Source of the DNA: a virus
Length of the DNA stretch: 64,000 nucleotides
Strand: one strand, 5' to 3'
Virus record (IMG/VR): IMGVR_UViG_3300028873_000014
Location: 36,172-100,171 of that record
Shown here in pieces: positions 30,306-41,018 of this stretch. The position numbers and the translations under genes were made by a program. The stretch's first letter is position 1; every line of letters starts with the position of its first letter. The notes below the pieces were generated by a model. The model did no database searches, had not been told where the DNA came from, and worked only from the letters and a program-made list of their open reading frames with translations.

Positions 30306-31577
30306 TTAATTAACTTTTCTGAGTACATTTGATTGATTAGGAATACGTTTAACAACTTTTTCAGGTTGAGCAGGTTGTTCAGATGTACCAAGACCCTGGT
30401 TCAATTTTACCAGTTTAGTAATCTTTTCTGCAGCAGCACTCTCACCTTGTGAACGAATAGCAGTAAGAGCAGCTTTTTTGTCATTCAATATCCAACTAGC
30501 TATCATAACTGCTTCATAATCAGGTTCTACATACTGGGCTTTTTCTAAACCATACCCTAGGTAGTTAACTGGTTTACCACTCCAGGGGCCAGGTACTGTA
30601 GATACCATGTTATTACCAAGCTCCCGGGCAAACTTTTTATCTAGTTTTACACCAGCTAGTTCGTTCTTTTCCAAGGTTTGGAAAACGTTATTTGAGTAAA
30701 ATTGTGCTAGTTTTGCCTGTTGCTGTTTTTGTTCTTCTGCTACCCTGATATGAGCTTCTACCTGTTGTTTCTGCATGTTATCCAGTGCAGGTTTGAACTC
30801 AGTAGCTTTTTTAGCTATTTTGTTGGCATCTTTCCAATCTTCAATCTGTTCTGCTATTTGATCTTCTGTACCAAACCCTGTAGCCTGCAGGTAGTTACGG
30901 GCAATTAATACCTGGTCTTCTTCTTTAGCAGGATCAAGTGCCTTAACTTCTTCTACATGAGAAAGTGCCCGGAAAAGTCCTTTTAAGTCCTGTCCACCTT
31001 CCGCAACATATGCAGCAGCATATTGTAATTCGTCAGGGAGAGAGTCGAAGAACTCTTTAGGTGTTTGTGCCCGTAGTTCATCTTCTTTAGCTTTCCAGTT
31101 ACTATCTAGTATGCCATGAAGTTCTTTTTCAGGAAGAGTAGCAAGATATTGTTCTACCGTTTGTTTCTTAGCATCGAAAGGTGCATCATCAGGTATACCA
31201 AATTCATTAGCTTCTATCTTTTGTGCCAGGTAGGACACCATAGCATTTTTATCAGTCTTAGGACGACCAGCTTTTTCAGCAGCTTCAGGAGTTTCAACTA
31301 CTGAAGTATCTACCAGTTGGTTACTGGCATCATCTAATACATTAGCAAGTTTCTTATCATCAATTGTTTCAACTTCTGCAACAGGAGTTTTAGTATCAGC
31401 TACTACTTTCTTTTCTGGTTCAGGGGTGTCTAATGCCTTAGAAGCATCATTATCCAGTAATATGTTAGTAGGTTGAGCAGCTTCTGCAATCAGTACATCT
31501 TCTGCCCCTGTACCAAACATTCCGTCCAGTGCACTCAAATCAACTGATTCGGATAAAATCATTGTATCATTCCTCAT
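30306..31577 (-). CDS. Scaffold-like protein (crAss gene 77-like)
   Basis: Acidic and helical, with EFFDSLPDELQYAAAYVAEGG; lies between portal and MCP. Confidence 0.75.
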   Translation of the reverse strand: MRNDTMILSESVDLSALDGMFGTGAEDVLIAEAAQPTNILLDNDASKALDTPEPEKKVVADTKTPVAEVETIDDKKLANVLDDASNQLVDTSVVETPEAAEKAGRPKTDKNAMVSYLAQKIEANEFGIPDDAPFDAKKQTVEQYLATLPEKELHGILDSNWKAKEDELRAQTPKEFFDSLPDELQYAAAYVAEGGQDLKGLFRALSHVEEVKALDPAKEEDQVLIARNYLQATGFGTEDQIAEQIEDWKDANKIAKKATEFKPALDNMQKQQVEAHIRVAEEQKQQQAKLAQFYSNNVFQTLEKNELAGVKLDKKFARELGNNMVSTVPGPWSGKPVNYLGYGLEKAQYVEPDYEAVMIASWILNDKKAALTAIRSQGESAAAEKITKLVKLNQGLGTSEQPAQPEKVVKRIPNQSNVLRKVN

Positions 31578-31702
31578 AAATGTTTTTGCTGTTGATGATA
31601 TAAATGTAGATACTCTTTTTATATCAATACACCTTACAGATGTATGAGCGAAGGAGTTTGTTTTATCCCATTACTGATAATAACTTATTTTAACAATAAA
31701 TA

Positions 31703-31728
31703 AGCCCCATGTAGTTAAACATGGGGCT
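31703..31728 (-). terminator. Terminator after portal gene
   Basis: AGCCCCATGT/ACATGGGGCT stem followed by TTATTTATT on the minus strand. Confidence 0.75.
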
Positions 31729-31751
31729 GGTTGTGTGTGCTGAAATGGGAA

Positions 31752-34499
31752 TTACTTACTCTTACTGTCTTTAACTTTAACTTTATGGGCTATTTGAGTA
31801 CTCTTTAACTGTTCTTTGGTTCTATTCTCTTCAGCATTGATCTTCTGTTTAGTTAGTTGCTGATCTACTTCTTTCTGTTTAGACCCCACTACAAACTTCT
31901 GTTTCTCCAGGTCCATCTTATCTGTATGTTGCTGTTGACTCTGCTGTATTTTAGCAGTTGCTAATTGATAAGCATCTTCTCCTGCTTGTGGAGGGTTTGA
32001 TCCGGCTGCTTTTGCAGCAGCAAGTAATTCAGTTTCTCTCCATTTTTCTTCTCTGTCTTTCTCATTCTCTCCAGCTTCAAACTCTTGTTTCATCTGTAGT
32101 AATTGTTGCTGGTGTTGTTGTTCTGCCTGTGCTTCCTGTTGTTGCGCCTGTTGTTGTGCTTGTTTTTCCTGTATAACTTTCTGCTGGATAGTATCTATAG
32201 TATTATTTAAGATAGATAATACAGGAATTTGTATGGCCTTAATTTTATCAAAGATGTCTATACCGCTGCTATCGTTTACCAACATCTGTTCAATCTTCTG
32301 CATGATGAACCGTGAGTTTACAGTAGTCTTGGCTTTAACATTAAAATCTCTACCCATCAACTTAGTTCCATCTATTTCAAAGAAAGCCTTTTCGTCCCCC
32401 TGAGTGATATACTGTAACCTCAAAGAAGGATTGGTAGAATTATAGTACTGGGCAAGATCTGTACGCATCTGGTGTACTCTTGGCATAAGTTCATCACAGT
32501 GTTGCGAGAATAGATATTCTGTATGTGAATAGGAAGCAGCTTTTGCCTGGTTAATCCCTGTAGCAGTTTGTTCCTGATCAATAGGCGTTCCTGTTCTGGT
32601 AGGGTTCATACCTACAGAGTCAAGACCTGACATCTTAAACCAATCAGATATTTTCATAAGGCCAAGTAATCGTTCTGTCTGGGAAAGATCCAATCGTTGC
32701 ATATGACCTTCCCTAATAGGATTACCTTCTTTATCCCTAATAGAAGCAAGTGGAAGTATTTGACCATTCTTCATTACTGTAATTGCACTAGCTAAGTTAT
32801 TTGGTCCCCAATCTTCCCCAAGAGACTGTTTAGGGAGTGAGTTAGGATCAAGAGTAAGGATAACACCGTAGTCATTAACCATAGTGTCCTGGATAAGGTT
32901 ATTTGCCATATTATAACCTATCTGCCAAGGCTTTAGGTTATCCATCATTGACCTACTCTTAGTATTGTGGTCATTAAATATTCTCCCCTCTACAGGTAAC
33001 TTACACCCATAAATGTTGTTGTCTCCTTTGAACTGGAAAGGTAACCTCCCCGGTACAGGTGTGTTAATGCCCAGATAGATAGGTGCAAATTCTGCAGAGG
33101 TTCCTTGCCATCCAATTGCAGGAGCATTGGTTCCTATCCGCACTCCCCCCCATGTCTCATTAACCCATAGGGGGTCAAGATGTTCACCATATACCAAATT
33201 CGCTTTACTCTTTTCTTTAAAGAGTACTGTGTTATACATAGGTTTTACAGTTACCTTGTAGTCTTCTCCCACAATATCTGTAAATAAATTACCCTGATCA
33301 TCAACTTTAGTTAAGTGAAAAAATTTGCGCTCTGTTTTCCAGTAAATAGTAGAAATACGTAAAAGAAACTCACCATTGATATTAACAAGGTCTTCACCTT
33401 CATTGAGTATCTGTTTAGTAATATCCCCCCCAAAACCAACATCATCTAATACAGACATAGCCTGTCTCATACCTATACCCGGCCCTGTTCGGTTCCAGTC
33501 ATAACTTTTATGACCATCCCAATACTGATCAGGTTCTTTACCATCAAGTGCATACCCGGCAGCTCTTGCACCATGAATAGTGTTAAGCGTTAACAACTGT
33601 TCTTCACTCATCATCCATCCATACTTATCTACAGTATCGGGGACGGTAAGATAATCTATACATCCTACCCAGGCGGCATCTGATATATATCGTACAGAAG
33701 GACTCTTTCTATAAAATACTTGTGGAGGGTTCCACGTTTCTATACAGTAGTCATTATCCATCATCCGGAAGTGCCAGAACTCCCGGTCAGTAATGAGCAT
33801 GTTCCTGAAATTAACTCTCTCTAACTCAGGTATGGTAAATCGTTCATTATCTACCTGCATTTGGTGTTCTGCCCATTCCTGGTAGATATTACGATAACTC
33901 TTGTTGTAGTATTTTTGTATTTCTGGTAATGACTGAATAGTCTTAGGGTCCATCATCTGTTTCCCTTGTTCGCTATCGGGGGAAAGACCCATTTGCTGCA
34001 ACTTCATTAATTGGTTAATAGCTGCTTTTGCCTCTAGTGCTTTTTCTATATCTGCCCTTTTAGCTTCCAGCATTTCATTAACCCCTATATCACTCTTATC
34101 ATCAAATGTCATATGAGATGCTCTTTTAGCAAACTCATCAGTAAGAATGTTTATAACAGTACTTGCAAAAGGATAGTTCTTAAGTTCCATAGACTCAAGT
34201 TCTTTTCCGGCATGTTCTTCAAGAGCATCGATCATATCCGCATACTCATTATCCATTCGGATATAGTCGTTCTTCTCTATCTCCCCTATAGCAAGTTTGT
34301 AGTTCTTGAGCATCCAGTTAGCGTTTTGCCGTAACTGTTTTAGACCCTGCCAGTCTACATAAGATAGCATCTGTGCTGCCCATTCTGCATCCTTTTCTTT
34401 GTTGGGAAGGAATTGAAGTGGCTGGTAGAAGCCCGAAGAGACGCCTAACTGTTTGAGTTTCTTACCTTGCTTTAACTGATACCCGCTAATTATCTCCAT
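31752..34499 (-). CDS. Portal protein
   Basis: 915 aa with QPLQFLP, LITDREFWHF and YGCKLPVEG motifs and a Q-rich C-terminal coiled coil. Confidence 0.9.
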   Translation of the reverse strand: MEIISGYQLKQGKKLKQLGVSSGFYQPLQFLPNKEKDAEWAAQMLSYVDWQGLKQLRQNANWMLKNYKLAIGEIEKNDYIRMDNEYADMIDALEEHAGKELESMELKNYPFASTVINILTDEFAKRASHMTFDDKSDIGVNEMLEAKRADIEKALEAKAAINQLMKLQQMGLSPDSEQGKQMMDPKTIQSLPEIQKYYNKSYRNIYQEWAEHQMQVDNERFTIPELERVNFRNMLITDREFWHFRMMDNDYCIETWNPPQVFYRKSPSVRYISDAAWVGCIDYLTVPDTVDKYGWMMSEEQLLTLNTIHGARAAGYALDGKEPDQYWDGHKSYDWNRTGPGIGMRQAMSVLDDVGFGGDITKQILNEGEDLVNINGEFLLRISTIYWKTERKFFHLTKVDDQGNLFTDIVGEDYKVTVKPMYNTVLFKEKSKANLVYGEHLDPLWVNETWGGVRIGTNAPAIGWQGTSAEFAPIYLGINTPVPGRLPFQFKGDNNIYGCKLPVEGRIFNDHNTKSRSMMDNLKPWQIGYNMANNLIQDTMVNDYGVILTLDPNSLPKQSLGEDWGPNNLASAITVMKNGQILPLASIRDKEGNPIREGHMQRLDLSQTERLLGLMKISDWFKMSGLDSVGMNPTRTGTPIDQEQTATGINQAKAASYSHTEYLFSQHCDELMPRVHQMRTDLAQYYNSTNPSLRLQYITQGDEKAFFEIDGTKLMGRDFNVKAKTTVNSRFIMQKIEQMLVNDSSGIDIFDKIKAIQIPVLSILNNTIDTIQQKVIQEKQAQQQAQQQEAQAEQQHQQQLLQMKQEFEAGENEKDREEKWRETELLAAAKAAGSNPPQAGEDAYQLATAKIQQSQQQHTDKMDLEKQKFVVGSKQKEVDQQLTKQKINAEENRTKEQLKSTQIAHKVKVKDSKSK

Positions 34500-34510
34500 A
34501 GTAATTACTT

Positions 34511-35272
34511 TTATAATGCTTTATAATCTTTTAAATATAAAAAATCCGAATCTCCTCTTTTGATTCTGGCTATTAAAGTAGTTAATTTTACATTTAAATG
34601 TATTGATAATTCGGTTAATGAAACATATATCTCTTTAGTTTTTATATTTATTACCCCTTTGGCAGATCCTGTTATAGCTAAAAGATTACCGTTTTTAAAT
34701 TCTTCTTTAGCTGCACTTATCTTATTTATTCGTTTTGATATAGTCTCTTGAGATTGTACATGACCAATTCTAGTTTGGCGTAATCGCTCTTTTTGTTCTT
34801 CTGATAAAACTGGAGGGGATAATCTATATTTTTCTTTTAATGTTGCTATTCTTTTTGCTTGAGATTCAGGGCTTAATTTTTTACCCATGTGACTATCAAC
34901 TAATTTTTTTATTGTTTCTTCGGAATGAGTATACCCCTTTAACCCTTCCCCTCCATCTGTAATATTAGATAAGCACCCTGTATTATTACATATTTTTCCA
35001 TAGAGTTTTATTAACTCAATTTCTTTTTGTTTAATAAATTCATAATCATCTGACTCTAATAGAATTTCTATATCGTAATCAGTTTTGTTTACTATTCTTT
35101 TGAAGATATTATTATTACTTATATGTTTAGAAGTAGCTCTATAGTAAGTGTAATAATTGATATCGTCTTTATTTTTAGTACCTAATCCTATATAAAAAGG
35201 TTCATTTTTATCTCTTCTAATATATCTGTATATATAATGACGTCCAAAATTTACAATTGGATTATTCTGCAT
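34511..35272 (-). CDS. GIY-YIG homing endonuclease with NUMOD3 repeats
   Basis: YIYRYIR...PFYIGLG, NITDGGEG and HSEETIKK motifs. Confidence 0.85.
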   Translation of the reverse strand: MQNNPIVNFGRHYIYRYIRRDKNEPFYIGLGTKNKDDINYYTYYRATSKHISNNNIFKRIVNKTDYDIEILLESDDYEFIKQKEIELIKLYGKICNNTGCLSNITDGGEGLKGYTHSEETIKKLVDSHMGKKLSPESQAKRIATLKEKYRLSPPVLSEEQKERLRQTRIGHVQSQETISKRINKISAAKEEFKNGNLLAITGSAKGVINIKTKEIYVSLTELSIHLNVKLTTLIARIKRGDSDFLYLKDYKAL

Positions 35273-35291
35273 GGAAAAGTAAGTTTAAAAG

Positions 35292-37487
35292 TTATCTTCT
35301 ACCAATACTTTTAAAAGGATTAACCTTTGCTCTGTTCATTGCTGAACCTGGTCTACCTACACTTTTTAAAAAAGTATTTCTATCAAAATTAGGTATTTTT
35401 TGTTTATTCGTACTTTCTTCTTTCCGTTCTATCTTTTTTCTGATACCTTTAGCTTCTTGTATTTTAGCAAATGCCATCAGCGCACAGTAGGAAGATAGCC
35501 TGTCAAAGTTTCCTTTATCCTGGTATTGTTGCATCTCTCTAAGTAACCATATGAAAGATATTCTTTCTACACCATACTTAATCTTAGTTATCTCCCCTGT
35601 ATCACTTGTTTCATGTCCTAGTTCTTCTGAAAGATAGTTAATACCATACTCTAGTAATTTTTTCCAAAGTGCTGGTGTTCTGGTATATCCATACTTTTGA
35701 AATACATTTTGTTTAACATCGAGTTCTTTATCAAATAACATCTCTGATGCCGGAACTAAATACTTTGCTCTTTTCTTAGCGATCATGTAGTTGATAAAGG
35801 ATGTTTTATTATTCTCTGAAAGAGTCCATGCATTATATAACTCTACCAGCATAGATATCTGTTCATTCGTTTCGTTAGGATCATCGTATCTACATACTAG
35901 TTCTGCTACTAGTTTACCCCCCTCGAGAAAAGTAGTGCTTGACCCTTCGGCATCTATTCTAACCACTTCTACTGGGGTAGCATAGATATATACAGATGCT
36001 AATGAATCACTGGTATCTGAACGGCCAACTTCTATAGGGTCTACAGAAGCATAGTGGTTACCCCATGCAGGATTTTCCCCAGGAAACTGATGTATAACTA
36101 CACAGCCTCTTTTATCTGAAGCTGTTCTGGATATAGGGTATGGGCAAGGTTGTCGTTTACTATCTTTATATGTTATCTTATTTTCATCAGTACGTTCAAG
36201 ATCAACATACTTAAGATAAACAGATCCTTCTTCGATCTTCTTAACTTGCCGTGTAGTATGTTTTACAGGGAAGACAGATACAGTTCTTATAGCAAAGGCT
36301 TCTTTGATATTCCTGGGTCTTTGAGAAACCTCTAGTTGAAAAGCCTCTGGTGCTTTTTCTTTCTCAATTCTTGCATACTCATTGTCCAGGTATTCAAGAG
36401 CTTCCTTAACTAAGGAATTCCCAAACTTATCTATGAATGGAGGCATGGACCATTGTTCCGGAATAAACAAACCTGTTTCTCCTTCTGTGCCATTCTCATC
36501 TAATAAGTTTGTATATACAGGATAAAAATCATTAGCTACAGGATGTAGTAAAAACTCTTTAAGAGGATTGCACTGGGATAGATCACCTACTGACCCCCCA
36601 ATGACAAAGATACCTGATGTGAGGGCACCTTCTCTCATAGCTTGTCTCATAAAACCATAAGTAGTATCCGCAGTAGGTGCTATGCCTCCTTCTTCATAAT
36701 CGAATTCATCAGTTGCCCCCGCTACACCAGATACAGGGTCTTTATCCATAGATACCCCGGTAATAGTAGCCATAGTACCTATCTGCACTTTTCTACCATC
36801 AACAGTTTTAGTTTCTACTTTCTGTTGCCAGGAAAATTCTTTATCTGGTAAGTTAGTACAACTCCATGCAGTTTCTTTATTGGTAAAGTTGTGATATTCA
36901 GCAAGAAACTTCCAACAACCATTGGTGGCATTGATGTACTTTTTATCAGAGGCAGCTATCTTACCCACAAAACCTTCTTCAAAAAGATACTTGTTATAGA
37001 TACGACACATATGAAAATATGTCCATGCTACTTGTCTCTTTTTTAGACATACCACATTTTTGTCATTCAGTTCAGCTAATATCTCATACAAGGCTATATG
37101 ATAATGCACATCACGTATCTCGGGGAACTCAAATTTCTTGGCAACTTTAAAGTATATCCTTAGGAAATTTATCCAATGATAGTAGAACCTGGGGAGATAC
37201 CATACATCACCTTTACCATTTTTGAAAATAACCCCTTTACGGCATTTCTCTTTCTCTGTATCCCAGTATTCAATAAAGTCCTGCGATCCTTCAGGTGCTT
37301 CACAGAACATTTTCTTCTTCTGGAAAGTTCTTGCTTGTTCGTTGAAAAGATATGCAGTTTCATCAAAGTTGTATAATCCAGGTTCTTTAAATAAACTCTT
37401 TACAAAGTCTCTGAAAGCAACTCTATCAGGAAATATAGTATATTCCCATACACCCGCGTTATAGGTAGGTATCTTATATCTAGCCAT
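35292..37487 (-). CDS. terL: Terminase large subunit
   Basis: LKKRQVAW (Walker A variant), DYEEGG (Walker B), GGSVGD and the YASVDP nuclease motif; upstream of portal. Confidence 0.92.
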   Translation of the reverse strand: MARYKIPTYNAGVWEYTIFPDRVAFRDFVKSLFKEPGLYNFDETAYLFNEQARTFQKKKMFCEAPEGSQDFIEYWDTEKEKCRKGVIFKNGKGDVWYLPRFYYHWINFLRIYFKVAKKFEFPEIRDVHYHIALYEILAELNDKNVVCLKKRQVAWTYFHMCRIYNKYLFEEGFVGKIAASDKKYINATNGCWKFLAEYHNFTNKETAWSCTNLPDKEFSWQQKVETKTVDGRKVQIGTMATITGVSMDKDPVSGVAGATDEFDYEEGGIAPTADTTYGFMRQAMREGALTSGIFVIGGSVGDLSQCNPLKEFLLHPVANDFYPVYTNLLDENGTEGETGLFIPEQWSMPPFIDKFGNSLVKEALEYLDNEYARIEKEKAPEAFQLEVSQRPRNIKEAFAIRTVSVFPVKHTTRQVKKIEEGSVYLKYVDLERTDENKITYKDSKRQPCPYPISRTASDKRGCVVIHQFPGENPAWGNHYASVDPIEVGRSDTSDSLASVYIYATPVEVVRIDAEGSSTTFLEGGKLVAELVCRYDDPNETNEQISMLVELYNAWTLSENNKTSFINYMIAKKRAKYLVPASEMLFDKELDVKQNVFQKYGYTRTPALWKKLLEYGINYLSEELGHETSDTGEITKIKYGVERISFIWLLREMQQYQDKGNFDRLSSYCALMAFAKIQEAKGIRKKIERKEESTNKQKIPNFDRNTFLKSVGRPGSAMNRAKVNPFKSIGRR

Positions 37488-37668
37488 TATATAAACTGCA
37501 GCGAAGTAATTTTACACTGCTTTTGGGGATATCATGTATCTTTAGTAACTCGTCCAGGGCATTATCATTATCTATACCCATAACTGTTTCATCTATGGTC
37601 ATCCCCGCAAAGTAGAACATATGATTATCAAGTACTTCTACCGATATGCTATATGGTTGTTTATCCAT
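37480..37668 (-). CDS. Hypothetical protein
   Basis: 62 aa, overlapping its neighbours in the operon. Confidence 0.55.
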   Translation of the reverse strand: MDKQPYSISVEVLDNHMFYFAGMTIDETVMGIDNDNALDELLKIHDIPKSSVKLLRCSLYNG

Positions 37669-38002
37669 GATTAACTTGTTTATCTATAGAAAACTCTACT
37701 TTTCCGGATATACTATCTCCTTTAGATATATCTGGAAATTCTCCTACACTTCTGGATATTACATAGAGCCGTGTCATTGGTTGAAAGTACTTCAGTTGAA
37801 GATTATATACATTAAACCCTTTTCCAAGTATAGTACAGGTAATCCAATCATTATAAATATTTTCTATACGATACTGTGCCCCAGTCATCTTATCATAAGT
37901 TATCACATCCTGTTCCTGTAGATGATGACCAGGTAATATTTGAAATTCTATAGTATCTGTTTTACCTGTGTCTATTATCGCTTTAACTAAACGGTTGTTC
38001 AT
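37661..38002 (-). CDS. Hypothetical protein
   Basis: 113 aa, in operon. Confidence 0.6.
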   Translation of the reverse strand: MNNRLVKAIIDTGKTDTIEFQILPGHHLQEQDVITYDKMTGAQYRIENIYNDWITCTILGKGFNVYNLQLKYFQPMTRLYVISRSVGEFPDISKGDSISGKVEFSIDKQVNHG

Positions 38003-38021
38003 ATAGTTTTATTTTAATTGA

Positions 38022-39035
38022 TTACTTATTTACTTGTTTATCTATCCAACTATAGAGTAGTTTCATCCCCTCTATAAGTGGTTGTGTTGGTGACCAATTC
38101 AATCGTTGTTTGATAAGATCGTTATTACTATTCCTCCCCCTAACACCTTCAGGGCCAGGAATGTTACTAATAATTACGTTCTTCTCGGATATACCTATAA
38201 CCATTTCAGCAAGATCATTTATAGAGATCATCTCATCACTACCTATGTTAAGTATATCTGTACAATCACTTCTCATCAATCTGATTATTCCCTCTACACA
38301 TTCATCTATATAAAGAAATGAACGGGTCTGTTTACCATCTCCCCAAATGTCAATCCACACAGGTGCTTCAAAGTCTATACCATCTCCGGCAATTCTACCA
38401 TTTGTTCCTTCTATAACTTTAGCAACTTTACGACATATAGCTGCAGGTGCTTTCTCCTTACCATTATTCCAGGTAGTTTCTGGACCAAAGATATTATGAA
38501 AACGTGCTATCCTAACAGTTAATCCATAGTTACGCTCAAAAGCTTTGTAAAGTCTCTCACTAAAAATCTTCTCCCATCCATATTCACTATCGGGTGCAGC
38601 AGGGTATATAGAATCTTCTGAACACTTTGGGTTATCCGGATCAGTTTGATTATATGCAGGATAGGCACATGCAGAACTGCTATAAAATACTCTACCTACT
38701 TTTCTTTTAACTGCTTCATTAGCAACATTCAAATTGATCATAGCAGAATTATGCATTACATTAGCATCATTTTCTCCTGTGAATATATACCCGGCACCCC
38801 CCATGTCACAGGCTAATGTATAACATTCATCGATATGTATTCCTGAAAACACTTTAGCTACTTGTAACGGATCTCGTAAATCAGCCTGTATATACTCGCT
38901 ACAATACTCTTCCTGTGAAAAATATTCATTTTCCTGTTTAATATCAGCTACCCTTATATAATTACCTTCCTGTAGTAATCTTTTAGCTAAATGTGATCCT
39001 ATAAATCCTGCCCCTCCTGTTATTAATATATTCAT
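38022..39035 (-). CDS. GDP-mannose 3,5-epimerase-like NAD-dependent epimerase
   Basis: TGGAGFIG, DMGGAGYI, SSAC.YP, YGWEK, EKAPAAICRK, WGDGKQTRSF and GPEGVRGRNS, all hallmarks of GME. Confidence 0.88.
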   Translation of the reverse strand: MNILITGGAGFIGSHLAKRLLQEGNYIRVADIKQENEYFSQEEYCSEYIQADLRDPLQVAKVFSGIHIDECYTLACDMGGAGYIFTGENDANVMHNSAMINLNVANEAVKRKVGRVFYSSSACAYPAYNQTDPDNPKCSEDSIYPAAPDSEYGWEKIFSERLYKAFERNYGLTVRIARFHNIFGPETTWNNGKEKAPAAICRKVAKVIEGTNGRIAGDGIDFEAPVWIDIWGDGKQTRSFLYIDECVEGIIRLMRSDCTDILNIGSDEMISINDLAEMVIGISEKNVIISNIPGPEGVRGRNSNNDLIKQRLNWSPTQPLIEGMKLLYSWIDKQVNK

Positions 39036-39811
39036 ATAGTTTGTATTTTTTGTTCTCGTTTATTTTGTTCTCTTTCATATGCTTTTTGTCTCATCTTTTC
39101 TATAGTTTCTGGTTTTAACTTCTTTCCCCAGTTTGGATGCTTATCACCAGAGATCGCCAATGATGCAGTTCTACAGTATTCTTCAGACATCTTTTTTCCT
39201 TTATTCCACGCAGTTTGACCTTTGTGTGACTCAGATGACTTTTTTCTTGTTTCTTCAGAAACAACCTTTCCTTTATGTGTTCTACTTATACACTCTTTCT
39301 CATAGTCAGTTCTTGGTATTCCTTTCATCTGCTTACTTGTAGATTCTGCTATCTTTCGTATTGTTTCTTCTGAGTATATACCTATCTTTCCAAAATTCCA
39401 CGGTGTCTTACCAATTAATCCTTCTGATATTTTTTTCTTTGTTTCTTCACTTGGGTTGGTTAGACCATCCCCACCATCTGTCAAATTACATAATGGTCCT
39501 AGTTTCATATCCTCTCTACCTATCTTTCGTATAATATCTATTTCCATTATTAGAGAATCTTTTTCTGATAACCCATCAGCTATATGAATTATAATTGGTT
39601 GAAGTTCATCTCTAAGGATTGCCTTTATCTTATTTGATTTATGCGAATTCTTTACACTTTTATAGTGTACTTTATTTACATGATCGTGTGATCTCTTTCC
39701 TTGGCCTTTACCTACATAAAATGGTTCATGTCCTAGAACTACATTATCGTATATATACTGCCCAGGCTTTCTTGGGTCAAGATATATATAAACATAAAAC
39801 ACATTTTTCAT
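39032..39811 (-). CDS. GIY-YIG homing endonuclease with NUMOD3 repeats
   Basis: FYVYIYLDPRK...PFYVGKG, NLTDGGDG and SEETKKK/SEETRKK repeats. Confidence 0.85.
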   Translation of the reverse strand: MKNVFYVYIYLDPRKPGQYIYDNVVLGHEPFYVGKGQGKRSHDHVNKVHYKSVKNSHKSNKIKAILRDELQPIIIHIADGLSEKDSLIMEIDIIRKIGREDMKLGPLCNLTDGGDGLTNPSEETKKKISEGLIGKTPWNFGKIGIYSEETIRKIAESTSKQMKGIPRTDYEKECISRTHKGKVVSEETRKKSSESHKGQTAWNKGKKMSEEYCRTASLAISGDKHPNWGKKLKPETIEKMRQKAYEREQNKREQKIQTI

Positions 39812-39815
39812 AAGT

Positions 39816-40454
39816 TCATATATTTTCGTTTATCATAAAACTGTCCCCCCAACCATGATTGCCACTCATCACTTTCTCTCTTACAACAAATCCAAAGGTA
39901 GCAAGATATTCTTTAAGTTCTGGATATAATGCACAATTTTGATAAAGAGAAAGATCATTTACTTCTATGTATAACCATTTAACTTTGTTTAATAACTCAC
40001 CAAACCCCTTGAGACAAAGTAGTTCTGCTCCCTGGATATCGATGTTTACAAAAGGATAGTCATCAATATTTAATAAGTTATTCTGAAATAAGGTATCAAG
40101 TCGCTTGGTCTTAAGAGTAATATCCTGTACATAGTGGACCTCAGGATGTGCCTGAATATGCGTACCGAGAGCAAGAATAGAACTACTCTGTCCTTGGTTA
40201 TTAGCTATATGAAAAGTTACCTCTTCATCATCTGTATCTGTCAGACAATCATTGAAGATTAAATGGTTAGAATAGGGTTGTAAATTTCCTATCAGATTCA
40301 TTATCAATCCAGGGTCTGCTTCTACCCATACAGTTTTATTGACCCCATTAGAGTAGTAGTCAGGTGCTTCTTGTCCAACGTTAGCTCCTATATGTATTAC
40401 ACCTTTTGGTAATATGTTGTACTTCTGTATTAGTTCCTTATATGGTATAAGCAT
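39816..40454 (-). CDS. FkbM-family methyltransferase
   Basis: HIGANVGQE, NIDIQGAEL and YIEVN motifs. Confidence 0.88.
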   Translation of the reverse strand: MLIPYKELIQKYNILPKGVIHIGANVGQEAPDYYSNGVNKTVWVEADPGLIMNLIGNLQPYSNHLIFNDCLTDTDDEEVTFHIANNQGQSSSILALGTHIQAHPEVHYVQDITLKTKRLDTLFQNNLLNIDDYPFVNIDIQGAELLCLKGFGELLNKVKWLYIEVNDLSLYQNCALYPELKEYLATFGFVVREKVMSGNHGWGDSFMINENI

Positions 40455-40457
40455 TAT

Positions 40458-41018
40458 TTAATGTTTTATAAAGTAAGCACCTGTATCCATTATGTCATTC
40501 TCTGGTATGAGAACTATCTCTGAGTAGTCATAACCTTTTTCCTTTAGAAAATCCCTACACGCTTTTTCTACCTGGTAATCAGGAGATAAGTAATCATGCA
40601 TTGCAATTAACCCTCCTGATATAACTTTTGGGTAATAAGCAATCAGGTCTTTAGTAACTCCTTCATAACTATGATCTGCATCTACATATACCATAGATAA
40701 AGAACTATCAGGTATCTGGTCTGCCATTGTAGATGTATCCCCCCGGAGCATGATATACTTTTGAGGTCTGTTATCATACATTGCCATACGATCTATTACC
40801 TGCAGGACATTGGTATCATGCCACTCTTGGGTAAACCCCCCATCACCACTTTGTCCTTCTATAGTCTCCCATTTATCCACCAGATAAAGTAGTTCAGCTC
40901 CCCAATCCATAATAGTTTTAGCGAAGAGTCCTTCTGCAACGCCGAGTTCACATATTATCAATGGTAAGTTCATGCTCTTTAGCAAATCTCCTAATTGATC
41001 TCTATATCTTATTTTCAT
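40458..41018 (-). CDS. Class I SAM methyltransferase (Methyltransf_24-like)
   Basis: ELGVAEG, YVDADHSYEGV and GGLIAMHDY motifs. Confidence 0.88.
   Translation of the reverse strand: MKIRYRDQLGDLLKSMNLPLIICELGVAEGLFAKTIMDWGAELLYLVDKWETIEGQSGDGGFTQEWHDTNVLQVIDRMAMYDNRPQKYIMLRGDTSTMADQIPDSSLSMVYVDADHSYEGVTKDLIAYYPKVISGGLIAMHDYLSPDYQVEKACRDFLKEKGYDYSEIVLIPENDIMDTGAYFIKH

Noticed and set aside
27637-39811. Group I introns or inteins around the endonuclease genes
   Set aside because: MCP, portal, terL and the epimerase are uninterrupted, spacers are too short for intron cores, and no intein motifs were seen.
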